From Prevotellaceae bacterium UBA2738 (GTDB taxonomy: Bacteria > Bacteroidota > Bacteroidia > Bacteroidales > Bacteroidaceae): a stretch of DNA of 64,000 nucleotides. Position 1 is the stretch's first letter; each line of letters starts with the position of its first letter. Under the pieces are notes generated by a model. That model ran no database searches, was not told the DNA's origin, and saw only the letters and a program-made list of their open reading frames with translations. Location of the stretch: assembly GCA_002353585.1 (NCBI GenBank), contig DEJW01000005.1, forward strand, positions 8,155-72,154. Reading direction: 5' to 3'. Both the position numbers and the translations under genes were made by a program. Shown here piece by piece: positions 1-10,100 of this stretch.

Positions 1-1274
1 AGAGCCATACCGATGCAGCAGCATGCCATAGTGAGCTCAGACACACCAGCCTGGAAGAATGCACCACCAAAGTCGTCCTTGGTCAGGGCACGAGTCTTCT
101 TGAGGAATCCGTCTGTCTTATCTGAGTTAGAAAGGTCTGCTGAAGCACATATCATATTAGGCACCTGCTCGGCAAGGAGTCCGAGACAAGCAGAGCCAGC
201 AGCACGAGTAGCTGCACCAGCCTTCTGCTGGAGGGATGACCAGTCAACCTTTGGTGCCTTGCCAGCAAACCAGTCTTTAACCTGGGCTGCTTTCTCTGGG
301 TTAGCCTTAGCCCAAGCCTCTTCTTCCTTATAACGCTCAGCACAAATCGCAGAGAGTTCTGCATCACGCTTAGCATACATTTCCTTTACATCGTCAAAAA
401 TCTGGAATGGATTGTCTATGTCACCACCAAGATTCTTTATGGTATTAACGTATGCATCGCCTCCAAGAGGTGCACCATGTGTCTTGCAGTTTGCCTCGTA
501 AGAGGTGCCATCTTCCTTCAGGGCACCCTTACCCATGATACACTTACCAATGATGAGTGTAGGCTGTCCCTTTACATTCTGTGCCTCTTCTATGGCAGAA
601 CGAATCTGGTTGACATCATTACCGTTGATTTCGATAACATACCAGCCAAGAGCACGATACTTGGCAGCTGTATCCTCATTCATGACCTCCTTAGTCTCAG
701 TGGAGAGCTGGATATCGTTGGAATCATAGAACATGATGAGATTATCAAGACCCAACGTAGAGGCTATGCGAGCACTACCCTGAGAAATCTCTTCCTGAAT
801 GCCACCATCAGAAATATAGGTGTAAATAGTTTCCTTAGCAAAGGTAGGGTTGCCAGTGTGAGCAGCAAGGAACTTAGCAGCTATAGCAGCACCAACAGCA
901 TAGGTGTGTCCCTGTCCCAAAGGACCAGAGGTGTTCTCAATGCCACGAGCTATCTCAAACTCAGGATGACCAGTAGTAGGACTACCCCACTGACGCAAGT
1001 TTGCTATCTCGTCGAGAGAGAACATTCCGCAAAGGCACAACTCGCCATAAAGCATAGGAGCCATGTGACCAGGATCAAGGAAGAAACGGTCTCTGCCCAT
1101 CCATGACGGATTCTTTGGGTCGCGAATAAGATATTCGGAATACAAAACATTGATAAAATCAGCTCCGCCCATAGCTCCACCAGGGTGTCCTGACTTTGCT
1201 TTCTCTACAGATGCAACAGACAGAATGCGGATGTTGTCTGCTGCATGGTTCATTGTCTTTATGTCGTTTTTCAT
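1..1274 (-). CDS. tkt: transketolase, N-terminal ~424 codons (3' end runs off the left window edge)
   Basis: Absent from the ORF track because it is open at the window edge. My reverse-strand translation from the ATG at 1274-1272 reads MKNDIKTMNHAADNIRILSVASVEKAKSGHPGGAMGGADFINVLYSEYL...DPGHMAPMLY...GPLGQGHTYAVGAAIAAKF...ISDGGIQEEISQG, which are classic transketolase TPP-binding signatures. The + strand ORFs 13..333, 477..1106 and 1150..1545 are shadows of it. Confidence 0.9.
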   Translation of the reverse strand, partial: MKNDIKTMNHAADNIRILSVASVEKAKSGHPGGAMGGADFINVLYSEYLIRDPKNPSWMGRDRFFLDPGHMAPMLYGELCLCGMFSLDEIANLRQWGSPTTGHPEFEIARGIENTSGPLGQGHTYAVGAAIAAKFLAAHTGNPTFAKETIYTYISDGGIQEEISQGSARIASTLGLDNLIMFYDSNDIQLSTETKEVMNEDTAAKYRALGWYVIEINGNDVNQIRSAIEEAQNVKGQPTLIIGKCIMGKGALKEDGTSYEANCKTHGAPLGGDAYVNTIKNLGGDIDNPFQIFDDVKEMYAKRDAELSAICAERYKEEEAWAKANPEKAAQVKDWFAGKAPKVDWSSLQQKAGAATRAAGSACLGLLAEQVPNMICASADLSNSDKTDGFLKKTRALTKDDFGGAFFQAGVSELTMACCCIGMA

Positions 1275-1445
1275 TATAAAAAAGAAATTTGTTTTTAGTT
1301 ACTCGGAAAACTATTTGAGTTCAAAGTTAATACATTTTTTTTACTTAACAACAATTTGTCGTGAGTTTTTTTGTCATAAAATATTTTTTATACACATTAT
1401 TAACTTATTTTATTCCTCAGCTTTGCAAAATAGAAGAAATTTTAT

Positions 1446-1453
1446 TAACTTTG
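1446..1453 (+). promoter_or_regulatory. Bacteroidetes -7 promoter box (TAACTTTG) upstream of ftsK
   Basis: Matches the TAnnTTTG consensus, 34 nt upstream of the ATG at 1488, in an AT-rich divergent intergenic region. Confidence 0.45.
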
Positions 1454-1487
1454 CATTCATATTCCCAAAAGAAAACGAAAAACTAAA

Positions 1488-3959
1488 ATGGCGCAGAAAA
1501 AACCAGCGAAACCCAAAAATAAAGTGTCTTTCAAGGAAGCAATAGGATTCAATGCCGTATTTGCGAATGAAAAGACCAACTTCACCGTAGGCATTACATT
1601 ATTCGTAATGGCGGTGCTGATGATTATCAGTTTTATATCTTATTTCACCACATGTGATGCAGACCAGAGTCTGGTGCTAAATCCTATGCCTGGCGATTTG
1701 GCTAATACGGGCAGAGAGTTTCAGAATGCCTGTGGTTCATGGGGAGCATACACCTCACACTTCTTTATCAATATCTGTTTTGGCTTTTCTGCATTCCTTA
1801 TACCTCTTTTTATTATAGCGAGTGCCACAAACATGATGGGAATATACAAACTGAACTTATGGAAGTGGTTCTTCTCTCTCATGTGTATCATGATATGGAG
1901 CAGTGTGACATGTGCAAAATTCGTAAATCCGCTGCTTACTGACCAGATTTACAACGCAGGTGGCGGACATGGATTGTTTATAGCCGACTCATTAGAGAAC
2001 ATCGTTGGAACACCAGGACTGACGGCTATACTTGCGCTGACGGCAATATTCTTCCTAACCTATATATCAAGCGAGACAATCGTTATAATAAGGAAGATGC
2101 TGAACCCGTTTGAGCACATCAAGAAGATTCCTCTGGTATTCTCAAATGTCAATGACAAGGGTGAGTTGGTAGTGCCAGAGACAAGCGAATTAGCGTCACA
2201 GGAGGATGACCTGGTGTATGATGACCCAACAGAGCAGTCTGTGGAGTTTGACCTCAAGACAGACCAGGCTATCATAAATGATGCTGGCTATAACGATGAC
2301 ACTACAGCAACTCAGCCAAGAGTGGTTGCACCAGAAACAAGCTATGGAAGTTCAGAAACAGGCTTTGAAATAGAAGAAGGATTCAAGGAAGAGGCTGCAG
2401 GTGATAAGATATTGGCGGACGATATGAGCATGGGTGCTTATGACCCTAAGGCTACACTGTCAAGATATAAGTACCCTACCCTTGACCTGCTGAAGAAGTA
2501 TGATACTGACGGACGTTCATTCATAGATATGGATGAGCAGCAGGCTAACAAGAACCGTATCGTTCAGGTGTTGGGTAACTTTGGCGTAATCGTTGAGAGC
2601 ATCAAGGCTACCGTTGGTCCTACTATCACACTGTATGAGATAACCCTTAAGCCTGGTATCAAGATCAGTAAGGTGCGTTCGCTGGAGGATGATATAGCCC
2701 TCTCTCTCGCTGCTGACGGAATACGTATCATAGCTCCTATACCTGGTCGTGGTACTATAGGTATTGAGGTGCCAAATGCCAACCCACAGGTGGTGTCAAT
2801 GGAGTCAATACTTAATTCTAAGAAGTTCAAGGAGTCAAAGATGGCTCTGCCACTGGCATTGGGTAAGACTATCAGTAATGAGATATACATGGTGGACCTT
2901 GCAAAGATTCCTCACCTGCTGGTAGCTGGTGCTACTGGTCAGGGTAAGTCTGTAGGTCTTAATGTCATTATCACCTCTTTATTATATAAGAAGCATCCAG
3001 CTGAACTGAAGTTTGTGCTTGTTGACCCAAAGATGGTGGAATTCTCTATCTACAAGCCTTTGACAAATCACTTCCTGGCGCAAATTCCACCAGAGAGCGA
3101 AGCTGACGAACCAATCATTACAGACGTAACCAAGGTGGTGAAGACCTTGAATTCTGTGTGTCAGGAGATGGATGATCGCTACAACCTGCTGAAACAGGCT
3201 AACGTGAGAAAGCTGGAAGAGTATAACGAGAAGTTCACTAACAGAGAACTGAATCCTGAACTCGGTCACAGATACTTGCCATATATCGTAGTAATAATCG
3301 ACGAGTATGGTGACCTGATTATGACAGCAGGAAAGGAAATAGAATTGCCTATAGCACGTATTGCACAGAAGGCTCGTGCCGTTGGTATTCACATGATTAT
3401 TGCTACTCAGCGTCCTACAACAAACATTATCACAGGTACTATCAAGGCTAACTTCCCTGGTCGTATGGCATTTAAGGTGATGTCGCAGATAGACTCCCGA
3501 ACAATCCTTGACGGTGGTGGCGCTAACCAGTTGATAGGTCGTGGTGATATGCTTATTCTGGATAAGGGGACACCAGTACGTGTTCAGTGTGCATTTGTTG
3601 ACACTCCAGAGGTGATTGCTATCAACGAGTTTATTGCTGAACAGCCAGGCTATGACGGTCCATTCGAATTGCCAGAGCCAATCGTTAATGATGAAGGCGG
3701 TGGTGGCAACTCAGAAGATCTCTCTAACCTCGACCAGTTGTTTGGCGAGGCTGCAAGGGTTATCGTTTCTACCCAGCAGGGTTCTACATCACTCATTCAG
3801 CGTAAGTTCTCTATCGGCTACAACCGTGCAGGACGACTGATGGATCAGTTGGAGAAAGCTGGTGTGGTAGGTGCTGCTCATGGTTCAAAGCCACGTGAGG
3901 TTTTGATACAGGATGAGAACACCCTGCAATCGCTTTTGAATACTCTGGGTACAAACTAA
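1488..3959 (+). CDS. ftsK: DNA translocase FtsK/SpoIIIE
   Basis: 823 aa with N-terminal TM helices. Walker A is GATGQGKSVGLN and Walker B is VVIIDEYGDL, followed by ATQRPT and a C-terminal gamma/winged-helix region (STSLIQRKFSIGYNRAGRLMDQLE). Confidence 0.92.
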   Translation: MAQKKPAKPKNKVSFKEAIGFNAVFANEKTNFTVGITLFVMAVLMIISFISYFTTCDADQSLVLNPMPGDLANTGREFQNACGSWGAYTSHFFINICFGFSAFLIPLFIIASATNMMGIYKLNLWKWFFSLMCIMIWSSVTCAKFVNPLLTDQIYNAGGGHGLFIADSLENIVGTPGLTAILALTAIFFLTYISSETIVIIRKMLNPFEHIKKIPLVFSNVNDKGELVVPETSELASQEDDLVYDDPTEQSVEFDLKTDQAIINDAGYNDDTTATQPRVVAPETSYGSSETGFEIEEGFKEEAAGDKILADDMSMGAYDPKATLSRYKYPTLDLLKKYDTDGRSFIDMDEQQANKNRIVQVLGNFGVIVESIKATVGPTITLYEITLKPGIKISKVRSLEDDIALSLAADGIRIIAPIPGRGTIGIEVPNANPQVVSMESILNSKKFKESKMALPLALGKTISNEIYMVDLAKIPHLLVAGATGQGKSVGLNVIITSLLYKKHPAELKFVLVDPKMVEFSIYKPLTNHFLAQIPPESEADEPIITDVTKVVKTLNSVCQEMDDRYNLLKQANVRKLEEYNEKFTNRELNPELGHRYLPYIVVIIDEYGDLIMTAGKEIELPIARIAQKARAVGIHMIIATQRPTTNIITGTIKANFPGRMAFKVMSQIDSRTILDGGGANQLIGRGDMLILDKGTPVRVQCAFVDTPEVIAINEFIAEQPGYDGPFELPEPIVNDEGGGGNSEDLSNLDQLFGEAARVIVSTQQGSTSLIQRKFSIGYNRAGRLMDQLEKAGVVGAAHGSKPREVLIQDENTLQSLLNTLGTN

Positions 3960-3993
3960 CTTGCTACATATATATATATAAAGTAAGAAGAAT

Positions 3994-4602
3994 ATGGTGA
4001 TAAGAAAACTGATTATATATATTGTCGCAATTTTGACAATATTCCCCCTCGTGGCTGATGCAGCCAAGAAGCAGGATGGTAAGGCTATACTTGATCGTGT
4101 GGCTTCGAAGATAAACATCAGCAAGGGAGCATCTATGGGCTTTACTGTTACGAGTGCCAAAATCAGTCAGAGTGGAACAATAACTGTGAAAGGTAATAAG
4201 TTCTGCGCCCGTACTGGTATGGCTAAGATATGGTATGATGGCAAGACCCAGTGGACTTACAACAAGAAAACCGATGAAGTAAATATAGCTTCGCCATCAG
4301 CCTCTCAGCAGCAGAGCATGAACCCCTACACCTTTCTTAATTTATATAAGCGGGGGTATTCCAATACTGTAGAGACTAAGAACAACGATTATATAGTTCA
4401 TCTGGTTGGTAAGGGCAAGAGCATCAGCGAGATGTACGTTACAGTAGATAAACGATATAATCTGAAACAGATAAAGTTGAAACAGGGAAGCAACTGGATA
4501 ACTATCTCTGTTTCAAATGTTAAGCATGTGAGCGTTTCTGATTCTGCTTTCCGATTTAACTCAAAAGAGTATCCGAAAGCTGAGATTATTGATTTAAGAT
4601 AA
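3994..4602 (+). CDS. LolA-like outer-membrane lipoprotein carrier family protein
   Basis: 202 aa with a signal peptide (ILTIFPLVADA). Size and position directly after ftsK fit the conserved Bacteroidetes ftsK/lolA-like synteny. The family call comes from memory of that synteny, not from a motif. Confidence 0.6.
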   Translation: MVIRKLIIYIVAILTIFPLVADAAKKQDGKAILDRVASKINISKGASMGFTVTSAKISQSGTITVKGNKFCARTGMAKIWYDGKTQWTYNKKTDEVNIASPSASQQQSMNPYTFLNLYKRGYSNTVETKNNDYIVHLVGKGKSISEMYVTVDKRYNLKQIKLKQGSNWITISVSNVKHVSVSDSAFRFNSKEYPKAEIIDLR

Positions 4603-4611
4603 AAGGGATTC

Positions 4612-5526
4612 TTGCAACCGTTTAAAGTTCACATATTAGGGTGTGGCTCAGCCTTGCCAACCAGTCATCATAATCCATCATCGCAAATTGTTGAGATTAG
4701 GGGTAAATATTTTATGATTGACTGTGGCGAGGGAACCCAGACTCAGGTCAGACGATCACATACCAGTTTCTCCAAACTATATGCCATCTTTATTTCTCAC
4801 ATACATGGTGACCACGTGTTGGGGCTTATAGGTATGCTCTCTACGTTCGGACTGCAAGGTCGCACTACCCCACTCCATGTATATGCTCCCAAGGAGTATG
4901 AAACACTTTTCAATATGGAGATAGAGACCTTCTGTTCCACACTTGATTATGACATAGTATTCCACCCGATAGACACGACAAAGGAGGAAATTATATACGA
5001 AGACCGCTCGCTGACGATTGAGACGATTCACCTGCATCATCGTATGCCTTGTTCAGGTTTCATATTCAGGGAAAAGGAAGGTCTTCGTCACATAAATCCT
5101 AAAGCGGTAGCTTTTTACAATGTTCCTACGTCACAGTTAAACAATCTGCGTGCTGGCAAAGACTGGGTGAATGAAGACGGAGAAGTCATAGCAAATGAGA
5201 AACTCACTACTCCAGCAGACCCAGTAAGAGCTTATGCCTATTGTTCAGATACAAGATATATGCCTTCCCTTCATAAAAAACTGAAAGGTGTCACCACTCT
5301 CTATCATGAATCCACCTATTGTGAGGATATGAAGGATAAGGCTGTGAAATATCTGCACTCTACGGCTCGAGAAGCTGCCATGACAGCTCGTGATGCTGGA
5401 GTAAATAAGTTGTTGCTTGGACATTACAGCAAACGTTATCAGGATGAACGTCCTCTGTTAGAAGAAGCAAAAGCAGTGTTTAAAGAGTCTTATCTAACAG
5501 ATGAAGGTAAGGTTTTTGAAGTATAG
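4612..5526 (+). CDS. rnz: ribonuclease Z (metallo-beta-lactamase fold)
   Basis: 304 aa with the HxHxDH motif (SHIHGDHVLG) and N-terminal LGCGSALPT. Length is typical for short-form RNase Z. TTG start. Confidence 0.85.
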   Translation: MQPFKVHILGCGSALPTSHHNPSSQIVEIRGKYFMIDCGEGTQTQVRRSHTSFSKLYAIFISHIHGDHVLGLIGMLSTFGLQGRTTPLHVYAPKEYETLFNMEIETFCSTLDYDIVFHPIDTTKEEIIYEDRSLTIETIHLHHRMPCSGFIFREKEGLRHINPKAVAFYNVPTSQLNNLRAGKDWVNEDGEVIANEKLTTPADPVRAYAYCSDTRYMPSLHKKLKGVTTLYHESTYCEDMKDKAVKYLHSTAREAAMTARDAGVNKLLLGHYSKRYQDERPLLEEAKAVFKESYLTDEGKVFEV

Positions 5527-5559
5527 ATTTTGTGCGGCTTAGATTCCGTGAACGCACAC

Positions 5560-5582
5560 AAAAAAAGGGCTCCGCTGAGCCC
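5560..5582 (-). terminator. intrinsic terminator oriented for the minus strand
   Basis: GGGCTC-AGCG-GAGCCC hairpin (5567..5582) followed on the minus strand by T7 (the A7 run at 5560..5566 on +). On the + strand it is followed only by CAATCTTTG. Confidence 0.55.
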
Positions 5583-5758
5583 CAATCTTTGTTAACCTTA
5601 AATCTAATACTATGAAAAACACATTGCAAAATTACAATCATAATCGTAAAATTGCAAGTTTTTTTTCTTTTTTCTTATTCACAATAATATTTTCTTGACC
5701 AAAATCAAGAAAAGCGGCGCGTTATACTCTCTAATATATGTATATTATTGCTTGCTGC

Positions 5759-5821
5759 GGTTACTTAGCATCCATCTCTGGTTACTAAGCAACCACATGT
5801 GGTTACTTAGCACCCACGTCT
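5759..5821. repeat. three tandem 21-bp direct repeats, GGTTACTWAGCANCCAYNTNT
   Basis: Units start at 5759, 5780 and 5801. A partial inverted copy (TGCTTAGTTAC) at 5826..5836 overlaps the stop codon of the DUF2520 gene. Confidence 0.8.
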
Positions 5822-5831
5822 CTTTGCTTAG

Positions 5832-6605
5832 TTACTGCGCAGAACTATCTTGTAGTATGCTTTTTGCCATAAGTTGATAGATTTCCTTGGTCAAGGGAGA
5901 GTCTATCAGTTCCATCTGGCGTCTCATGACTTCCTGATCATTTCTTACCATTGGACCAGTCTGCGCCAAACGAGGAGAAATATGTGTGGCTTTTTTGGCA
6001 GTCTCCATTATCAACGGACCAAAAAGTGAGAAATCTAAATGTTCGGCTTCTGTTATTCTCTCAGCCAGACGATAACAGTGGTTAGTAAGATTAGATGCGA
6101 AAACCGCAGCCAAATGCATCTTTTTGCGCTGGTCAGAATTTATCTCTACCACCCTGTCTGAAATGCTGTTTGCTATCCTTGTTACAACATCTTTGGTATA
6201 TTGGTTAACAGCTTCTATAAAACATGGTATCTCTTTGAAATTCACTGCTATACCCTTCGTAAAAGATTGCATCGGATACAGCACCCCAGCGTTATTCGTA
6301 TATTTTTTTATAACATCGATGGAAACACTACCTGCAGTATGTAGGAAAACAGCCTCTTCCCTACCCTTTGCTAATGATTCTACGACACCTTCTATGGCAT
6401 CATCTTTCACAGCTATGAGAAAAACATCAGCATCAGTTATAACATCCTCTGTTTTATCCGTAAACTGACACCCCAATTTATCAGCCAATTCCTTAGCATG
6501 TTCTAAGGTTTTACTGAACACCTGACATGGTACAATACCTGCATTTTTTAGTGCAAGTGAAATGTTTGTTGCAAGATTACCTGAGCCTATTATTACGATT
6601 TTCAT
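5832..6605 (-). CDS. Rossmann-fold oxidoreductase with DUF2520-type C-terminus; candidate PanG-type ketopantoate reductase
   Basis: 257 aa with an N-terminal dinucleotide-binding motif (MKIVIIGSGNLATNI). Divergently adjacent to panB. The PanG assignment is from memory of the family and from context. Confidence 0.6.
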   Translation of the reverse strand: MKIVIIGSGNLATNISLALKNAGIVPCQVFSKTLEHAKELADKLGCQFTDKTEDVITDADVFLIAVKDDAIEGVVESLAKGREEAVFLHTAGSVSIDVIKKYTNNAGVLYPMQSFTKGIAVNFKEIPCFIEAVNQYTKDVVTRIANSISDRVVEINSDQRKKMHLAAVFASNLTNHCYRLAERITEAEHLDFSLFGPLIMETAKKATHISPRLAQTGPMVRNDQEVMRRQMELIDSPLTKEIYQLMAKSILQDSSAQ

Positions 6606-6809
6606 ATTGCGAAGGTACGAGTATTTTTCTTCTCCACACCTTTATGATATGTGAAAAAAGATTAAAAGTCAGTACATTTATTTGTTTTAGTCAACTAAAA
6701 GTCATTATTAAATAGGTATAGTTGGAAAAATCTTTGTAATTTTGCACCCGAAAAAAAATAAAAAGGACTTTTAAGAGTTTTACAAAGATTTTATTGTAAA
6801 GAACTGGCG

Positions 6810-7634
6810 ATGAAGAAATCGATAAATGATTTTATTTCTCGTAAAGGAGTTTTACCAATCAGCATGTTGACAGCATACGACTATCACACAGCCTGCACTA
6901 TGGACGAGGCTGGAATTGATATGATACTGGTGGGTGACTCTCTTGGTAACGTGATGTTAGGATATGAAAATACCCTTGCTGTCACTGTTGAAGATATGAT
7001 ACATCATGGCAAAGCTGTTTGTCGTGGTGCAAAGAATGCTTTTGTTGTTATTGATATGCCTTTTATGTCATATCAAACCTCTGTGAGTGATGCTGTTGCT
7101 AATGCGGGCAGAATAATGAAGGAAACCAACTGCCAGGCTGTAAAGATGGAAGGTGGTGCAGAATATGCTGACCGTATCAAGGCAATAGTTCAGGCTGGTA
7201 TTCCTGTGGTGGCTCATATCGGATTGACACCACAGTCAGTAAACGCTTTAGGTGGATACAAGGTTCAGGGCAAGACATACGAAGCAGCCCAGAAACTGAT
7301 TCAGGATGCAAAGGCAGTAGAAGAAGCCGGCGCCTTCGCTATCACTCTGGAATGTGTTCCTGCAGCTTTGGCAAAACTTATTACTGAGCAGGTTGATGCA
7401 CTGACTATCGGCATAGGTGCAGGTAACGGTTGTGACGGACAGGTGTTGGTGTATCAGGACATGTTGGGCTACGCCAATGACTTCACACCTAAGTTTGTCA
7501 AGAAGTATGCCGACCTTCACAGCATAATGCTTGAGGCATTTAAGCAGTATAAATCCGATTGCGAGCAGCGTGTCTTCCCCTCTGATGACAAATCGTTTGA
7601 TATCAGCGATGAAGTGCTGCAGAAACTCTATTAG
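6810..7634 (+). CDS. panB: 3-methyl-2-oxobutanoate hydroxymethyltransferase
   Basis: 274 aa containing LTAYDY, ILVGDSLGNV, MPFMSY, VKMEGG and HIGLTPQS, all characteristic PanB blocks. Confidence 0.95.
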   Translation: MKKSINDFISRKGVLPISMLTAYDYHTACTMDEAGIDMILVGDSLGNVMLGYENTLAVTVEDMIHHGKAVCRGAKNAFVVIDMPFMSYQTSVSDAVANAGRIMKETNCQAVKMEGGAEYADRIKAIVQAGIPVVAHIGLTPQSVNALGGYKVQGKTYEAAQKLIQDAKAVEEAGAFAITLECVPAALAKLITEQVDALTIGIGAGNGCDGQVLVYQDMLGYANDFTPKFVKKYADLHSIMLEAFKQYKSDCEQRVFPSDDKSFDISDEVLQKLY

Positions 7635-7654
7635 AAACAATAAAAATAAAGATA

Positions 7655-8494
7655 ATGCAAGTAGTAAAAACCGTTAACGAGGTTAGAGAGATTGTAAAGG
7701 AGTGGAGAAAACAAGGCTTCAGCGTGGGTCTTGTTCCAACTATGGGATACCTGCATGAAGGCCACCAGAGCCTTATTCGCAAGTCGGCAAGCCAGAATGA
7801 CCGTACCGTAGTTTCTGTTTTTGTTAATCCTATACAGTTTGGTCCTACAGAGGATCTTGAGACATACCCACGCGACCTTGAGCGTGACAAGAAGAAAGTG
7901 GAAGAAGCTGGGGGAAACTTGATTTTCAACCCTGAACCAAGTGAGATGTACCCTGAACACTTCACTTCTTTCATAGATACTACAGAAACTACCGAACTGC
8001 TTTGTGGTGCACGTCGTCCAATACACTTTCGTGGAGTATGTACCGTGGTAGGCAAACTATTTAATATCGTAATGCCAGATAGCGCTTACTTTGGTCAGAA
8101 GGATGCACAGCAGCTTGCAACCATCAAAAGGTTTGCTCGTGACCTGAACTTTAATGTGAAGATTGTTCCCTGCCCTATCATCAGAGAGGACGATGGTCTT
8201 GCTAAGTCAAGTCGTAACACATACCTTTCACCAGTAGAACGTAAGGCTGCACTCATTCTGTCACAAAGTCTTGCTAAGGGTAAGGCAGCCATAGAGAATG
8301 GTGAGAAGAATGCAAACAAGATAATAAACATAATAAAAGAGAACCTTGAGACAGAACCTTTGGCTCGCGTCGACTACGTGGAGGTTGTTGACTTTGACAA
8401 CATTCAGCGTGTTGACACCATAACAGGCAATACCCTCGTTGCTATTGCTGTGTATATAGGTAAGACTCGTCTCATAGATAACTTCATTGTATGA
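7655..8494 (+). CDS. panC: pantoate--beta-alanine ligase
   Basis: 279 aa containing [31 protein letters not shown] and KSSRN. Confidence 0.95.
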   Translation: MQVVKTVNEVREIVKEWRKQGFSVGLVPTMGYLHEGHQSLIRKSASQNDRTVVSVFVNPIQFGPTEDLETYPRDLERDKKKVEEAGGNLIFNPEPSEMYPEHFTSFIDTTETTELLCGARRPIHFRGVCTVVGKLFNIVMPDSAYFGQKDAQQLATIKRFARDLNFNVKIVPCPIIREDDGLAKSSRNTYLSPVERKAALILSQSLAKGKAAIENGEKNANKIINIIKENLETEPLARVDYVEVVDFDNIQRVDTITGNTLVAIAVYIGKTRLIDNFIV

Positions 8495-8880
8495 ACATAA
8501 CACTCCTGAAATCCAAGATACACCGTGCTGTAGTAACACAGGCTGACCTTGATTATGTTGGTAGTGTTACCATAGATACCAACCTACTTCGCGAGGCTGG
8601 CATTATGGAGTATGAAAAAGTACAGATAGTTGACATTAACAACGGCAACCGCTTTGAAACCTACACCATAGCTGGTGAAGAAGGGTCAGGTATCATCTGT
8701 CTTAACGGCGCTGCTGCCAAATGCGTGAACGTTGGTGATAAGGTTATTATCATGGCTTATGCTGATATGTCAACTGAAGAGGCAACTACACATAAGCCTA
8801 CCGTACTTTTTGTAAACGACAAGAACCAGATAGTTCGTAAGGCAAATTACGAAAAGCATGGACTGTTGAACGACCAGTAA
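8491..8880 (+). CDS. panD: aspartate 1-decarboxylase
   Basis: 129 aa. [24 protein letters not shown] includes the self-processing G-S site. 4-nt overlap with panC. Confidence 0.92.
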   Translation: MNITLLKSKIHRAVVTQADLDYVGSVTIDTNLLREAGIMEYEKVQIVDINNGNRFETYTIAGEEGSGIICLNGAAAKCVNVGDKVIIMAYADMSTEEATTHKPTVLFVNDKNQIVRKANYEKHGLLNDQ

Positions 8881-8912
8881 AACTGTAGAATGACCCTTAA
8901 CAAACGGATCTT

Positions 8913-10100
8913 ATGTTGAATGGTAAAACAATAGTATTGGGCGTTACAGGCTCTATAGCTGCATATAAGATTGCAGGGCTGGCATCTATGCTGGTGAAGC
9001 AACATGCTGATGTGCATGTTATTATGACAAAGAATGCCTGCAATTTTATCAATCCCATAACATTTGAGACACTTACCAAACATAAGTGCCTCGTTGATAC
9101 ATTTGACAGAAACTTCGAGTTTAGTGTCAAACATGTTTCCCTTGCTCAGGCTGCTGATGTCTTCCTTATAGCTCCTGCTTCAGCAAATGTTATAGGTAAG
9201 ATAGCAAATGGAATATGTGATGACATGCTTACAACCACCGTTTGTGCAACACGTAAACCTGTTCTCATCTCCCCTGCCATGAACACTGGCATGTTTGAGA
9301 ATCCTATTGTTCAAGATAATCTGAAGAAACTTGCCCGTTTTGGCTATCATATCATCCAGCCTGCAGTTGGCAGATTAGCATGTGGCGATGTAGGAACTGG
9401 TAAGATGCCGTCAGAAGAGGAACTTTTTAATAACATCCTCCTTGCAATAGCAAAAGAAAAGGATTTGAAAGGAAAGCGCATTCTTATCTCTGCTGGTCCT
9501 ACTCAAGAGGCTATTGATCCTGTTCGCTATATAACAAACCATTCATCAGGCAAGATGGGGTATGCTTTGGCAAAGATGGCAAAACTTCGTGGTGCTGATG
9601 TGACACTCGTTTCTGGTCCTGTCAGCATTACAGCCTTTCCTGGTATTGAGGTAGTTGATGTGACAAGTGCAGCAGACATGTATGATGCCGTTACTACTCG
9701 TAGTTCTCAAGCGGATATAATTGTAATGTGTAGTGCTGTGGCAGATTACACCCCTACCCTATACTCTGAACAGAAGGTAAAGAAGAGTGATGGTGATTTG
9801 TCTATTGCCCTTTCACGAACCAAGGATATATTGAAGAATCTTGGAGAAAATAAGCGTGAAGGTCAGATTGTAGTAGGTTTTTCAATGGAGACAGAGAATC
9901 TTATAGAGAATTCACAGGCTAAACTCCAAAAGAAAAATGTTGACATGATATGCGCCAATTCTATATCTACAGATGAAACAGGTTTTGGCGTAGATACTAA
10001 TAAAGTGACGTTGATATTTAAGAATCATGTAGAAGAACTTCCTCTTTGTTCAAAAGAAGAAACAGCTGACATGATTCTCGACCAGATAATCAAGCTATGA
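8913..10100 (+). CDS. coaBC: bifunctional phosphopantothenoylcysteine decarboxylase / phosphopantothenate--cysteine ligase
   Basis: 395 aa. The N-terminal flavoprotein half carries GVTGSIAAYK and PAMN; the C-terminal CoaB half carries ITNHSSGKMG and AAVADY-like SAVADY. Confidence 0.92.
   Translation: MLNGKTIVLGVTGSIAAYKIAGLASMLVKQHADVHVIMTKNACNFINPITFETLTKHKCLVDTFDRNFEFSVKHVSLAQAADVFLIAPASANVIGKIANGICDDMLTTTVCATRKPVLISPAMNTGMFENPIVQDNLKKLARFGYHIIQPAVGRLACGDVGTGKMPSEEELFNNILLAIAKEKDLKGKRILISAGPTQEAIDPVRYITNHSSGKMGYALAKMAKLRGADVTLVSGPVSITAFPGIEVVDVTSAADMYDAVTTRSSQADIIVMCSAVADYTPTLYSEQKVKKSDGDLSIALSRTKDILKNLGENKREGQIVVGFSMETENLIENSQAKLQKKNVDMICANSISTDETGFGVDTNKVTLIFKNHVEELPLCSKEETADMILDQIIKL

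Noticed and set aside
13-1545. + strand ORFs 13..333, 477..1106, 505..729 and 1150..1545
   Set aside because: They lie antisense to an unmistakable transketolase reading frame that the ORF track misses because it is open at the window edge. Their translations have no recognisable motifs.
3967-3981. (TA)n run between ftsK and the LolA-like gene
   Set aside because: It is a short, simple dinucleotide run in an AT-rich spacer with nothing further to support a function.
5612-5698. 28-codon + strand ORF (MKNTLQNYNHNRKIASFFSFFLFTIIFS) in the rnz/DUF2520 spacer
   Set aside because: It is a possible small membrane peptide, but there is no promoter box or conservation evidence, and the hydrophobic tail is encoded by a T-run. 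It is too weak to call.
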